From the NCBI RefSeq assembly GCF_009914755.1, contig NC_060930.1: a DNA stretch of 64,000 nucleotides; one strand, given 5' to 3'. Of the stretch, positions 33,311 to 51,310 are shown in pieces. Position 1 is the stretch's first letter; each line of letters begins with the position of its first letter. Position numbers and translations under genes: made by a program. The notes under the pieces were generated by a model. That model ran no database searches. It had not been told where the DNA came from and saw only the letters and a list, made by a program, of their open reading frames with translations. This stretch comes from the human T2T-CHM13v2.0 reference genome, Homo sapiens.

Positions 33311-34319
33311 TTACAATTTGGCATGTTTTTGCAGTGGCTGGTACCAGTTGTTCCTTTCCATGTTTAGTGCTTCCTTCAGGAGCTCTTTTAGGGCAGGCCT
33401 GGTGGTGACACAATCTCTCAGCATTTGCTTGTCTGTGAAGGGTTTTATTTCTCCTTCACTTATGAAGCTTAGTTTGTCTGGATATGAAATTCTGGGTTGA
33501 AAATTCTTTTCTTTAAGAATGTTGAATATTGGCCCCCACTCTCTTCTAGCTTGGAGAGTTTCTGCTGAGAGATCCGCTGTTAGTCTGATGGGCTTCCCCT
33601 TGTGGGTAACCCGACCTTTCTCTCTGTCTGCCTTAACATTTTTCTCTTCATTTCAACTTTGGTGAATCTGACAATTATGTGTCTTGGAGTTGCTCTTCTC
33701 GAGGAGTATCTTTGTGGCTTTCTCTGTATTTCCTGAATTTGAATGCTGGCCTGCCTTGTTAGATTGGGGAAGTTCTCCTGGATAATATCCTGCAGAGTGT
33801 TTTCCAACTTGGTTCCATTCTCCCCATCACTTTCAGATACACCAATTAGACGTAGATTTGGTCTTTTCACATAGTCCCATATTTCTTGGAGGCTTTGTTC
33901 TTTTCTTTTTATTCTTTTTTCTCTAAACTTCTCTTCACGCTTCATTTCATTCATTTCGTCTTCCATCACTGATACCCTTTCTTCCAGGTGATCGCATCGG
34001 TTACTGAGGCTTGTGCATTTGTGACATAGTTCTCATGCTGTGGTTTTCAGCTCCATCAAGTCCTTTAAGGACTTCTCTGCTTTGGTTATTCTAGTTATCC
34101 ATTCATCTAATTTTTTATCAAAGTTTTTAACTTCTTTGCCATTGGTTCAGACTTCCTCCTTTAGCTCAGAGTAGTTTGATCTTCTGAAGCCTTCCTCTCG
34201 TCAAAGTCATTTTCCATCCAGCTTTGTTCCATTGCTGGTGAGGAGCTGCGTTCCTTTGGAGGAGGAGAGGTGCTCTGATTTTTAGAGTTTCTGGTTATTC
34301 TGCTGTGTTTTTTCCCCAT
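33311..34319 (-). pseudogene. L1 A ORF1, disrupted
   Basis: ATG at 34319; surviving piece 33580-33969 (IWDYVKRPNLRLIGV). Confidence 0.85.
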
Positions 34320-34894
34320 CTTTGTGGTTTTATGTACCTTTGGTCTTCGATGATGACCACATACAGATGGGTTTTTGGTGTGGATGTCCTTTCTGTTTGT
34401 TAGTTTTCCTTCTTACAGTCAGGACCCTCAGCTGCAGATCCGTTGGATTTTACTGGAGGTCCACTCCAGACCCTGTTTGCCTGGGTATCAGCAGCAGTGG
34501 CTGCAGAACAGCGGATATTGGTGAACCGCAAATGCTGCTGCCTGATTGTTCCTCTGGAAGTTTTGTCTCAGAGGAGTACCCGGCCATGTGAGGTGTCAGT
34601 CCACCCCTACTGGGGGGTGCCTCCCAGTTAGGCTCCTCAGGGGTCAGGGACCCACTTGAGAAGGTAGTCTGCCTGTTCTCAGATCTGAAGCTGCATGCTG
34701 GGAGAACCACTACTCTCTTCAAAGCTGTCAGACAGGGACATTTAAGTCTACGGAGGTTATTGCTGTCTTTTGTTTGTCTTTGCCCTGCCCACAGAGGTGG
34801 AGCCTACAGAGGCAGGCAGGCCTCCTTGAGCTGTGGTGGGCTCCTCCTAGTTCGAGCTTCCCAGCTGCTTTGTTTACCTACTCGGGCCTAAGCA

Positions 34895-35035
34895 ATGGCG
34901 GGCGCCCCTCCCCCAGCCTCGCTTTCACCTTGCAGTTTGATCTCAGACTGCTGTGCTAGCAATGAGCGAGGCTCCGTGGGCATAGGACCCTCTAAGCCAG
35001 GTGCGGGATATAATCTCCTGGTGTGCCGTTTGTGA
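34895..35035 (+). other. L1 A antisense ORF0, truncated to 46 aa
   Basis: MAGAPPPASLSPCSLISDCCASNERGSVGIGPSKPGAGYNLLVCRL*. Confidence 0.7.
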
Positions 35036-37901
35036 AGCCCGTTGGAAAAGCACATTATTCGGGTGGGAGTGACCCGATTTTCCAGGTGCCGTCTGCCACC
35101 CCTTTCTTTGACTAGGAAAGGGAATTCCCTGACCCCTTGCGCTTCCCGAGTGAGGCGATGCCTCGCCCTGCTTTGGCTCACGCACGGTGCACTGCACCCA
35201 CTATCCTGCACCCACTGTCCGGCACTTCTCAGTGAGATGAACCCGGTACCTCAGTTGGAAATGCAGGAATCACATGTCTTCTGCGTCGCTCACGCTGGGA
35301 GCTGTAGACTGGAGCCGTTCCTGTTTGGCCATCTTGGCTCCACACCGCCTTGCTTTCCTTTCACCTTCGGCTGTGATTGTAAGTTTCCTGAGGCCTCCCC
35401 AGCCATGCAGAACAGAGCCAATTAAACTTTTTTCTTCATAAATTACCCAGTCTCAGGTAATACCTTTATAGCAGTGTGAGAACAGACTAATACAGAGAAT
35501 TGGTACTGGGATAGTGGGGTACTGCTATAAAGATAACCTGAAAATGTGGAGACAACTTTGGAACTGTGTAACAGGTAGAAGTTGGAACAGTTTGGAAGGC
35601 TCAGAAGACAGGAAGATGTGGGAAAGTCTGGAACTTCCTACAGTCTTGTTGAATGGTTTTGACCAAAATGCTGATAGTGATATGGACAATGAAGTCCAGG
35701 ATGAGGTAGTCTCAGATGAAGATGAAAAACTTGTTGGGAACTGGAGTAAAGGCAACTGTTGCTATGCATTAGCAAAGAGACTGGCAGCATTTTGCCCCTG
35801 CCCTAGAGATTTGTGGAATTTTTAACTTGAGAATGATGGTCTGAAATTGGAACTTATGTTTGAAAGAGAAGGAGAGCATAAAAGTTTGGAAAATTTGCAG
35901 CCTAAACATGTGGCAGAAAAGAAAAACCAATTTCCTGGGAAGAAATTCAATCTGGCTGCAGAAATTTGCATACACAACAAGGAGCCGAATGTTAATCATC
36001 AAGACAATGTGGAATATGTCTCCAGGGCATGTCAGAGGTCTTCACAGCAGCCCCTATCATCGCAGGCGTAGAGGCATAAGAAGAAAACTTGGTTCCACAG
36101 GCTGGACTCAGGGCCTTGCTGCTTTGTGCAGTCTTGGAACTTTGTGCCCTGCATCCCAGCCATGGCTAAAAGGGACCAACATACAACTCAGGTCTTTGCT
36201 TCAGAGGGTGCAAGGCCCAAGCCTTGGTGGCTTCCAAGTAATATTGGGCCTTTGAGTGCACAGAAGTCAAGAATTGGGGTTGGGAACCTCAGCCTAGATT
36301 GCAGATCATATATGGAAATATCTGGATGTCCAGGCAGAAATTTGCTGTTGGGGTGGAGCCCTCATGGAGACCCTCTGCTAAGGCAGTGTGGAAGGGAAAT
36401 TTGGAGTCAGAGCTCCCACACAGAGTCCCCACTGGGGCATTGCCTAGGGGAGATGTGAGAAGAGGGCCACCATCCTCCACTAGAATGGTAGATCCACCAG
36501 CAGCTTGCACCATGCTCCTGGAAAAGCCACAGGCACTCAGTGCTAACCTGTGAAAGCAGCCTTGGGGGCGGTACCCTGCAGAGCCACAGGGACAGAGCTG
36601 CCCAAGGCCTTTGGAGCCCATCCCTTTTGTCAAAGTACCCTGGATGTTAGAGATGGAGTCAAAGGAGATCATATTGGAGTTTTAAGATTTAATAACTGTC
36701 ATGTTGGCTTCCAGACTTGCATGCGGCCTGCAGACCCTTTGTTTTGGCCAATTTCTCTTGTTTGGAATGGAGTCATTTACCCAATGCCTATACCCTCATT
36801 GTATCTTAGAAGTAACTAACTTGCTTTTGATTTTACAGGCTCACAGGCAGAAGGAATTTTCCTTGTCTTGGATGAGACTTTTGACTTGGACTTTTGGGTT
36901 AAGGTTAGTATAAGCTAAGATTTTGGGGGACTGTTGCGAAGGCATGATTGATTTTGCAATGTGAGAAGAACGTGAGATTTTGGAGGGGCGAGTTGCAGAA
37001 TGATATGGTTTGGCTCAGTTCCCCACTCAAATCTCATCTGGAGTTGTAATCTCTAGACATTGAGGGAGGGGCCTGGTGAGAGGTGATTGGATCATGTGGG
37101 TGGTTTCTGCCATTCTGTTCTCACAATAGTGAGGGAGTTCTCAGAAGATCTGATGCTTTAAACGTGTTTGGCAGTTCCCCACTTCTATCTCTCTCTCTCT
37201 CCCTCTCCCTTTCTCCTGCTGCCATGTAAGACATGCCTTGTTTCCCCTTTGCCTTCCACCATGATTGTAAGTTTCCTGAGGCTTCCCCTGCCATGCAGAC
37301 CCGTGAGTCAATTAAATCTGTTATTTCATAGATTACCAAGTCTCAACTAGTATCTTTATAGCGCAGTGTGAGAATGGACCAATACAGTGTGTGTATGTTG
37401 AACTGTCCTTGCATTTGTGGGATAAAGCTCACTTGATCATGGTGTATGATGTTTTTGATGTGCTGTTGAATTCGGTTTGCTAATATTTTGTTGAGAATTT
37501 TGCATCTATGTTTATCAGGGATATTGGCCTGTAGTTCATTGTTGTTGTTGTATCCTTATCTGGTTTTGATATTAGAGTAATGCTGGTCTTATAGAATGAA
37601 TTTGGAATAATTCCCTCCCCTTAGATTTTTCTGGAGTAGTTTGATAAAAGTTGGTATTAGTTCTTTGTTTTTCCCCCCCCCACACTTTTTTTTTTTATTA
37701 TACTTTAAGTTTTAGGGTACATGTGCACATTGTGCAGGTTAGTTACATATGTATACATGTGCCATGCTGGTGTGCTGCACCCACTAACTCGTCATCTAGC
37801 ATTAGGTATATCTCCCAATGCTGTCCCTCCCCACTCCCCCAACCCCACCACAGTCCCCAGAGTGTGATATTCCCCTTCCTGTGTCCATGTGATCTCATTG
37901 T

Positions 37902-41756
<3,855 letters not shown>

Positions 41757-41804
41757 TTATCTTGCTCGTTAGTTGATGCAGTTTCTTCCTAGCCTTGATG
41801 GTGT

Positions 41805-42821
41805 TTACAGTTTGGCATGATTTTGCAGCGGCTGGTACCAGTTGTTCCTTTCCATGTTTAGTACTTCCTTCAGGAGCTCTTTTAGGGCAGGCCTGGTGGT
41901 GACAAAATCTCTCAGCATTTGCTTGTCTGTAAAGTATTTTATTTCTCCTTCACTTATGAAGCTTAGTTTGGCTGGATATGAAATTCTGGGTTGAAAATTC
42001 TTTTCTTTAAGAATGTTGAATATTGGCCCCCACTCTCTTCTGGTTTGTAGGGTTTCTGCTGAGAGATCCGCTGTTAGTCTGATGGGCTTCCCTTTGAGGG
42101 TAACCCGACCTTTCTCTCTGGCTGCCCTTAACATTTTTTCCTTCATTTCAACTTTGGTGAATCTGACAATTATGTGTCTTGGAGTTGCTCTTCTCGAGGA
42201 GTATCTTTGTGGTGTTCTCTGTATTTCCTGAATCTGAACGTTGGCCTGCCTTGCTAGATTGGGGAAGTTCTCCTGGATAATATCCTGCAGAGTGTTTTCC
42301 AACTTGGTTCCATTCTCCCCATCACTTTCAGGTACACCAATCAGACGTAGATTTGGTCTTTTCACATAGTCCCATATTTCTTGGAAGCTTTGCTCATTTC
42401 TTTGTATTCTTTTTTCTCTAAACTTCCCTTCTTGCTTCAGTTCATTCATTTCATCTTCCATCGCTGATACCCTTTCTTCCAGTTGATCGCATCGGCTCCT
42501 GAGGCTTCTGCATTCTTCACGTAGTTCTCGAGCCTTGGTTTTCAGCTCCATCAGCTCCTTTAAGCACTTCTCTGTATTGGTTTTTCTAGTTATACATTCT
42601 TCTAAATTTTTTTCAAAGTTTTCAACTTCTTTGCCTTTGGTTTGAATGTCCTCCCGTAGCTCAGAGTAATTTGATCGTCTGAAGCCTTCTTCTCTCAGCT
42701 CGTCAAAGTCATTCTCCATCTAGCTTTGTTCCATTGCTGGTGAGGAACTGCGTTCCTTTGGAGGAGGATAGGCGCTCTGCGTTTTAGAGTTTCCAGTTTT
42801 TCTGTTCTGTTTTTTCCCCAT
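41805..42821 (-). pseudogene. L1 B ORF1 with a single nonsense codon (codon 34 TAG); open from Met35 (304 aa)
   Basis: ATG at 42821, TAG at 42720-42722, ORF 41805-42719. Confidence 0.9.
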
Positions 42822-43276
42822 CTTTGTGGTTTTATCTACTTTTGGTCTTTGATGATGGTGATGTACAGATGGGTTTTTGGTGTGGATGTCCTTTCTGTTT
42901 GTTAGTTTTCCTTCTAACAGACAGGACCCTCAGCTGCAGGTCTGTTGGAATACCCTGCCGTGTGAGATGTCAGTGTGCCCCTGCTGGGGGGTGCCTCCCA
43001 GTTAGGCTGCTCGGGGGTCAGGGGTCAGGGACCCACTTGAGGAGGCAGTCTGCCCGTTCTCAGATCTCCAGCTGCGTGCTGGGAGAACCACTGCTCTCTT
43101 CAAAGCTGTCAGACAGGGACATTTAAGTCTGCAGAGGTTACTGCTGTCTTTTTGTTTGTCTGTGTCCTGCCCCCAGAGGTGGAGCCTACAGAGGCAGGCA
43201 GGCCTCCTTGAGCTGTAGTGGGCTCCACCCAGTTCGAGCTTCCTGGCTGCTTTGTTTACCTAAGCAAGCCTGGGCA

Positions 43277-43444
43277 ATGGCGGGCGCCCCTCCCCCCGCC
43301 TCGCTGCCGCCTTGCAGTTTGATCTCAGGCTGCTGTGCTAGCAATCAGCGAGATTCCGTGGGCGTAGGACCCTCCGAGCCAGGTGCAGGATATAATCTCG
43401 TGGTGCGCTGCAGTCCGAAAAGCGCAATATTCGGGTGGGAGTGA
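43277..43444 (+). other. L1 B antisense ORF0, 55 aa with altered C-terminus
   Basis: MAGAPPPASLPPCSLISGCC...VVRCSPKSAIFGWE*; small deletion near 43410 shifts the frame. Confidence 0.75.
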
Positions 43445-44073
43445 CCCGATTTTCCAGGTGCATCCGTCACCCCTTTCTTTGACTCGGAAAGGGAACTCCC
43501 TGACCCCTTGCGCTTCCCAAGTGAGGCAATGCCTCGCCCTGCTTCGGCTCGCTCACGGTGTGCGCACCCACTGACCTGCGCCCACTGTCTGGCACTCTCT
43601 AGTGAGATGAACCCGGTACCTCAGATGGAAATGCAGAAATCACCCGTCTTCTGCGTTGCTCACGCTGGGAGCTGTAGACTGGAGCTGTTCCTATTCGGCC
43701 ATCTTGGCTCCTCCCCCTCTGTATTAGTTCTTTGAAAGTTTGGTAGAATTCAGCAGTGAAGCCCTCTCTCCCTAGGCTTTTCTTTGTTGGGAGTGAGTTT
43801 TTTTTTTGTTTTTTTTTAAATTACTGACTCAATCTCATTTCTCATTATTGGTCTATTCAGGATTTCTGTTACTTTCCGATTCAGTCTTGGTAGGTTGTAT
43901 GTGTCCAGGACTTTATCCATTTCCTCTGGGTTTTTCCATTTGTTTGGTGTACAATTGTTCATAATAGTCCCTAACAGCCCTTTGAATTTCTGTGGTATTA
44001 GTTATAATGTCTTCTTGTTTTGTTTCTGTTTTATTTTTGTCTTTTTTTTTCTTAGTTAATCTAGCTAATGGTA

Positions 44074-44768
<695 letters not shown>

Positions 44769-44774
44769 TATTTA

Positions 44775-45893
44775 CTTTATTTTTAATTTTTTTAACTTTT
44801 ATTTTGGGTTCAAGGCTACATGTAAAGGTTTGTTACATCGGTAAACTTGTGTCACAGGGGTTTGTTGTACAGATTATTTCATCACCCATGTATTAAGCCC
44901 AGTACCGAATAGTTATCTTTGCTCCCCTTCTCCCTCCTTCCACCCTCTACCCTCAAGTAGACCCCAATGTCTGTTGTTTCCTTCTTTGTGTTCAGAAGTT
45001 CTCATCATTTAGCTCCCACTTATAAGTAAGAACATATGGTATTTGGTTTTCTGTTCCTTCATTAGTTTGCCAAGGATGATAGCCTCCAGCTCATCCGTGT
45101 TCTCGCAAAATAAGTAATCTCATTATTTTTTATGGCTGCATAATTTTCCATAGTGTGTATGTACCACATTTTCTTTATCCAGTCTGTCATTGATGAGCAT
45201 TTAGGTTGATTCTGTGTCTTTGCTATCGTGAACATTGCTGTAGTGAACATTCGCATGCATGTGTTCTTATGGTAGAATGATTTATATTCCTCTGGGCATA
45301 TACCCAGTAATGGGATTGCTGGGTTGAACGGTCGTTCTGCTTTTAGCTTTTTGAGGAATCATCATACTGCTTTCCACAATGGTTGAACTAATGTACGCTC
45401 CCACCAACAGTGTATTGTGTTCCCTTTTCTCTGCAACCTCTCCACCATCTATTTATTGAGTTTTTAATACTAGCCATTCTGACTGGTATGAGATCATATC
45501 TCATTGTGGTTTTGATTTGCATTTCTCTAATGATCAGTGATACTGAGCTTTTTTTCATATTCTTTTTGGCCACATGTATGTCTTCTTTTGAAAACTGTCT
45601 GTGTCCTTTGCCCACTTTTTAACGGAGTTTTTTTTCTTTTGGAAATTTAAGTTGTTTATAGATGCTGGATATTAGACTTTTGTCAGATGCATAGTTTGCA
45701 AATATTTTCTCCCATTCTGTAAGTTGTCCGTTTACTCTGTTGATAGTTTCTTTTGCTGTGAAAAAGCTCTTAAGTTTAGTTAGATCCCATTTGTAAATTT
45801 TTGCTTTTGTTGTGATTGCTTTTGGTGTCTTTGTCATAAACCCTTTGCCTGTTTCTATGTCCAAGATAGTATTGCCTAGATTGTCTTCCAGGC
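44775..45893 (-). mobile_element. L1PA13/14-like 5'-truncated LINE-1
   Basis: 3'UTR aaacttgtgtcacaggggtttgttgtacagattatttcatcaccc; ORF2 C-terminal ORFs at 45062-45900. Confidence 0.8.
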
Positions 45894-48724
45894 ATTTCAA
45901 AAAACCTGCTGTTTATTTTGTTGATCTTTTGCATTTTTTGTCTCTTTCATTTATTTCCACTTTGATCTTTTTTTTTCCCCTTCTACTAATTTTGGGCTTG
46001 GTTTGTTCTTGCTGTTCTGTTTACCTCAGGTGTACTGTTAGGTTGTTTATTTGAAATTTTTCTACTTTTTGATGTGGACACTTATTGCTATAAAGTTCTC
46101 TCTTAGTACTGCTTTTGCTGTATACCATAGGTTATGGTATATTATTTCTATTTTCATTTGTTTCAAGAAATTTTTACATTTCCTTCTTAATTTCTTCCTC
46201 AACCCATTGATCATTCAGGAAGATGTTGTTTAATTTCCATGTGTTTTTATAGTTTCCAAAGTTCCTCATGTTGAATTCTAGTTTTATTCCATTGTAGTCA
46301 GAAAAAATACTTGATATGAATTCAGTTTTTAAAATGTTGTTAAGGCTTGTTTTGTGACCTAGCATATGGTCTATCCTGGAGAATGTTCTATGTTCTGATG
46401 AGAAGAAGGTGTATTCTGCCTTTGTTGGATGAAATGTTCTGTAAATGTCTGTTAGGTCCAGTTGGGCTATATTGCAGTGTAAATCTGATATTTCTTTGCT
46501 GGTTATCTATCTAGATGATATGTTTGCTGAGAGTGAGGTGTTGAAGACCCCAGCTATTATTGTATTGAGGTTTCTCTCTCTCTTTAGAGCTAATAACATT
46601 TGACTTATATAACTGAGTGCTCTGGTTTTGGGTGCATGTATACTTAGAATTATATCCCGTTGCTGATTTGATCCCTTTATCATTATATAGGGACCTTCCT
46701 TTTCTCTCTTGACAGTTTTTTACTTAAAGTCTAATTTATCTGATGATATAAGTATAGCTACTCTTGCTTGTTTTGGTTTCCATTTGTTTGAATAATCTTT
46801 TTCCATCTCTTCACCCTCAGTCTGTAGTGTCTTTACAGGTGAGATTGAGTTTCTTGTTGGCAGCATATAGTTGCATCTTATTTCTTCATTAATTCAGCCA
46901 GTCTACATTTTTTAAATGGGGAATTTAATCCATTTTCATTCAAGGTTATTATTGATAGGTAAGGACTTACTGTTGTCATTTTGTTAGTTGTTTTGGGTTT
47001 TTTTTTTTTTTTGGTATATCCTTTGTTTCTTCTTTTATTGTTGATCTTTGCAGTTTTCTGATTTTTTTTTTGTAGTAATAGGATTTGATTCCTTTCTCTT
47101 TCTCATTTGCATATCTGTTCTACCAGTGAGTTATATATTTTCATGTTGTTTACGTGATGGTAGTTGTTATTTCACTTCCAGTTGAAGTACTTCCTCATGC
47201 ATTTCTTGTAAGGCTAGTCTACTGGTGATCAATTTCCTGAAGTTTTGGTTGTCTGGGAAGGACTTTATTTCTCCTTTGTTTCTCAGAGATAACTTTGCTG
47301 GACATAGTATTCTTCTCTGACAGCTTGTTTTCTTTCAGCACTTTGAATATATCATCCCATTCTGTCCTGGTTTTTATGGTTTTCTCTCCTGGTCTGCTGA
47401 GAAATCTGCTGTTAGTCTAATAGGGACTCCCCTATACATGACTTGACACTCTTTTCTTGTTGTTTTTAGAATTCTCTATCATTTACTTTTGACAGTTTGA
47501 CTATAATATGCCTTGAAGAAGAACTTTTTGGGTTGAAACTTTGGGGAGCTTTAGAGCATTGTGTATCTGGCTTTGCATATCTCTCCCAAGACTTGGAAGC
47601 TTTTTAGCTATTATTTCATTAAATTTTCTATGACTTTTCCCATCTTTTCCACTTCTGGAACTGCCATAATGCAATCATTTGTTTGCTTAATAGTGTCTAG
47701 TAAGTTTGACAGACTTTCTTCATTCTTTTCTATTCTTTTTTCTTGTTTGACTGGATTATTTCAAAAGGCATCTCTTCATGTTCAGAGATTCTTCTGCTTG
47801 ATGTAATGTGTTGTTGAAGCTTTCAATGATAATTTTTATTAAATTCAGCTCCAATATTTCTGTTTTTTTCATTTTTGATACCTATCTTTTTGTTGAATTT
47901 CTCAAATGATGGTTTTTTCATTTTAATTGAATTGTCTTTTTAATATTCCTTTGCCTCTGAGTTTTCTTAAAGTTATTATTTTGAATTTCTTTTCAGGCAA
48001 TTTAAAATTTTCATTTTTGAGGTCAATTACTGGAGAAGTACTGTGCTTTGTGGTGTTATACTTCACTGCTTTTTCATGTTCTTGTCTCCCTTGCTTGATA
48101 TCTGTGCATTTAATGGAACATTCACGTCTTCCAGTTTTGTAGTGTGGCTTTCATGGGAAAAAACTTTCTTCTACAGATATGTCCTAGGGTGTCAGTTGGG
48201 TAGGGTGCATTGGCTTTTCTTTGGGTGGGTGCAATAGTGTAGTCTTTGTACAGTTTCTTCAGCTATAGTCAACATCAGCAATGCCTGTGTGTGCCTCAAT
48301 GGCTTAGGCTGTAGAGATTTGTATGGCTATTCCACCTACTTGGGCTCTGCTCCTCGGGGGGTTGGGTGCTGGGCTGGTCCATGCTTTGGAGAAGTGAGGG
48401 GCTGGTAAATCAGTGGCTTGAGTCAGCTCAGGCTCTGCTCCTCACATTAAATCTTGAAAGATGTGAATTTTATTACCTCTTAGTTACATAAAGCCATATA
48501 CAAACTCTTTGTTGTTTGTTTTAAATCTTATCTCTGACTTGGTTATAAATGATTGCACTTTTCTACTATTTCTAACTACAGTATAGCAGTGCTGAAACAT
48601 CTGGGGGGCAAAAGAAAGTTAGATAGGCTAGTAACACCAAAGTAATGCTGAAACCTGGAAGGAAAGAAAACACATTACTTTCCTCTCCATTCTTCTTTGC
48701 TCCCCTTTGAATATATGCTTATTA

Positions 48725-48890
48725 TAATAGCAAGCTGTGTGACCTTGAGCCATTTATTTGTCTGGAGCCACAGCTTCTTTACTTACAAAATAAAGTTAAT
48801 GCCATTTACATCTCAGAAATTGTGAATATACATGAGAAATATGTTTATAAAATCTCATGATATGCTTGTCACACAGTAAGGTTTGGTAAA
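48725..48890 (+). mobile_element. MIR
   Basis: agctgtgtgaccttgagcca...acacagtaagg. Confidence 0.6.
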
Positions 48891-49005
48891 GTGAATCCTT
48901 CAACAGTGTTCCCCAATTCTTTCTCTTGTGCTGAAAGTGGACTATCTATCTTAGAAAAGACCATGCAAACCAAAATAGAATGACTTGGCTACAGAGCAGT
49001 TTCAC

Positions 49006-49432
49006 TGTCTACTGATTACCAACCTGTCTTAATCCAGTGAGATAGAACACTCCTCCACGCAGGTTACCTGAAGCCAGTGTATTACTTACAGATAGGACAA
49101 CAGAAGCCTATGATTCGTAAAAGCCTCAAGAAAGCTAGTTTGGCAGATGGGGTTTCATCTGCATGTGCCACATTTGCACTGCAGTCGAGGGTCCCAAGAA
49201 AGCACTCCACCCTAGGTTTTATACCCCAGCATAACATGATTCACTGTGCTAATGTGTTGAAGGACATGCTGCTTCTATGAGGGATTAGAACAGAACCTAG
49301 GCTGTTCAGGCTAGTTTCTCCCTATCTTAAGATGTTGCATTCTCAGCATATTCTATATTTATTCTTGAGAACTATGAGTAAAAAAGAGGGGTAACTGTGT
49401 CAGTCCAAAGATACCTGAAGAATTGTCCTGTG
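49006..49432 (-). mobile_element. LTR47-like ERVL solo LTR
   Basis: Reverse complement reads gttctcaagaataaatatagaatatgctgagaatgcaacatc...ggtataaaacctaggg...tatctgtaagtaata, as in recalled LTR47A. Confidence 0.7.
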
Positions 49433-49559
49433 CTAACAGCAGAAAAGTTTCCAATTGATTTAAAATCAAGTGATTTGCAATGTAGTTACAAACAAAATTA
49501 TTAAGTGCCTATTTTGTATTTGACCCCATGGTAATACTGATTATGATAATAATAAAATA

Positions 49560-49755
49560 TATTAAGCAATTATTTTTACCTGTCATTCTTTGAAGCATTA
49601 TCTCATTTACTTCTCCCAGAACCCAGTGAGGTAGTTAGTATTATTATCTCTCATTTACAGATGAGGATATACTGAGTTTGCATGTTTAACTCACCCACAG
49701 TCACATTACTATTTGTGGTGGAGGAGTGATTTGAACCCAACCTATCTGACTGATT
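49560..49755 (-). mobile_element. MIR
   Basis: gtgaggtagttagtattattatctctcatttacagatgagg...gatttgaaccc. Confidence 0.7.
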
Positions 49756-50444
49756 TTTTTAACCAGATTGTTAAGAAAATAAACATCAGCCATCCCAAAT
49801 CTCCCCATCTAATCCAGAGGGGAAGTTTACAGCTTGAAATAATTACTCTCAAGAGATTTCAGAGAAGTGGTAGAAAACCAACATGGCCTTGGTCTTCTAC
49901 CACTAAGGTTTTATTTTTAAAATTAATGAATAAGTAGGTCTTGAGTTGCCATTTTATAGCTTTGTTCTTAGTTTAACAAGAAGGAGCAAGTAGGAAGACT
50001 TTTCATAGCCCAACCCCCAACACAGTTGAAATCAGCATTAGCATAGAGCATTAGAAATAAGATTCAGCATGCATCTTGCCATGTGACCAATCCTGGCCTC
50101 CATCACAGAATTCTAGTTACGTGGTGAACCTGGGAGACCACTCTCTGTCCCCATCCTGGACGCCCCCTATACTGCAGATCCTCCCTGACATGGGACCCCG
50201 GACCCTAGGGCTCAGGAAGGCTCAACCAGGACTTAACAGCAGTTTCCGAAGGGCCTTCTGAGCCCCTCACCCATCTCCTAAGTCTGGCCAGACTGACAGG
50301 ACCAGCAAGGGATGGGGCATGGGAAAGATTAGAAATATAGAATAAAACAGCATCGTGGAGAGCCTTGAAAACCAATTTAAAATAGTTTTATCTTCTAATA
50401 GTAGGTCCTAGCTTAGCATCCTAGTTTAGCAGCCTTTACGCTTT

Positions 50445-51310
50445 GGATCTTGACTCCTTAGTAGGTTGTAAAATTTGTGTATTGGGTCACAACCAACATA
50501 CCTGTTTTAATGAACTGGGATAGGGTAAAATGGAAAATAGAAACGTGTCTTGCAGTTAATAAGGGCTTTTGTGAAACATTTGTTTTAGTTATATACAGTC
50601 AATTCTTGTTATGTGTAGTAGTTCTATTCTATAAAGTCACCACCAACACCGAATTAGTAATTACAAAACCATTGCTCCCTGTGTAAATACAAGATTAGGT
50701 TCCTTTGTTCCTCTGGTCACAAAATTTTCATCAACAGATTAATACATAACCTTATTTTATGAGTGTTTCTGTATAAGGACACCTCATTTAATATATATTG
50801 TTGATTCATTAACATTAAACTCTAGGCTAAAAGCACTATCACTCATACCTGAATGAAACTTCTCGAACACATGTATTTTTCTCCCTGAGGTCCATCACAG
50901 CCTTCTTACGCTGTCGAACCCAGTTACCACTTTAGCACTATGCTTGGGGGCCATTTTAAACATGAAATCACCAATTAAAAAAAGCACAAAAATGCAAAAA
51001 ATGTGACATGAAATAGGCCTTGAAAAGAACACTTTTTGAGCTGAAATAAGAAGACAGAGCATCACTTTTTTCAACCTCAGCTGGGAACACGTATGTCAGG
51101 TACTAACATTTTCATGACTCTACATATGTCTGTGACTGACCACAAACATGCTTTGAGTATGGATTTGGGAGCTACAAATAAATTTAGCAAATAGGTGAAT
51201 TTGCAAATATAGAATTTGTAAATAATGAGGATCAACTGTTTGTGTACAGACACACAAATACACAAATATGTTTACTAGGTCTACGAGCTTGTAATGTAAA
51301 ATGTATTTCT
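50445..51310. mobile_element. Charlie4-like hAT remnant split by MER82
   Basis: gggtcacaaccaac...gtgaaacatttgttttagttata on the left; gtaatgtaaaatgtatttct on the right. Confidence 0.5.
50596..51238 (-). mobile_element. MER82 (TcMar-Tigger), complete
   Basis: TIRs cagtcaattcttgttat / ataatgaggatcaactg; TA at left junction; ~640 bp. Confidence 0.85.

Noticed and set aside
35514-36913. Domesticated gag-like gene in the MaLR internal region
   Set aside because: Broken into short ORFs in different frames
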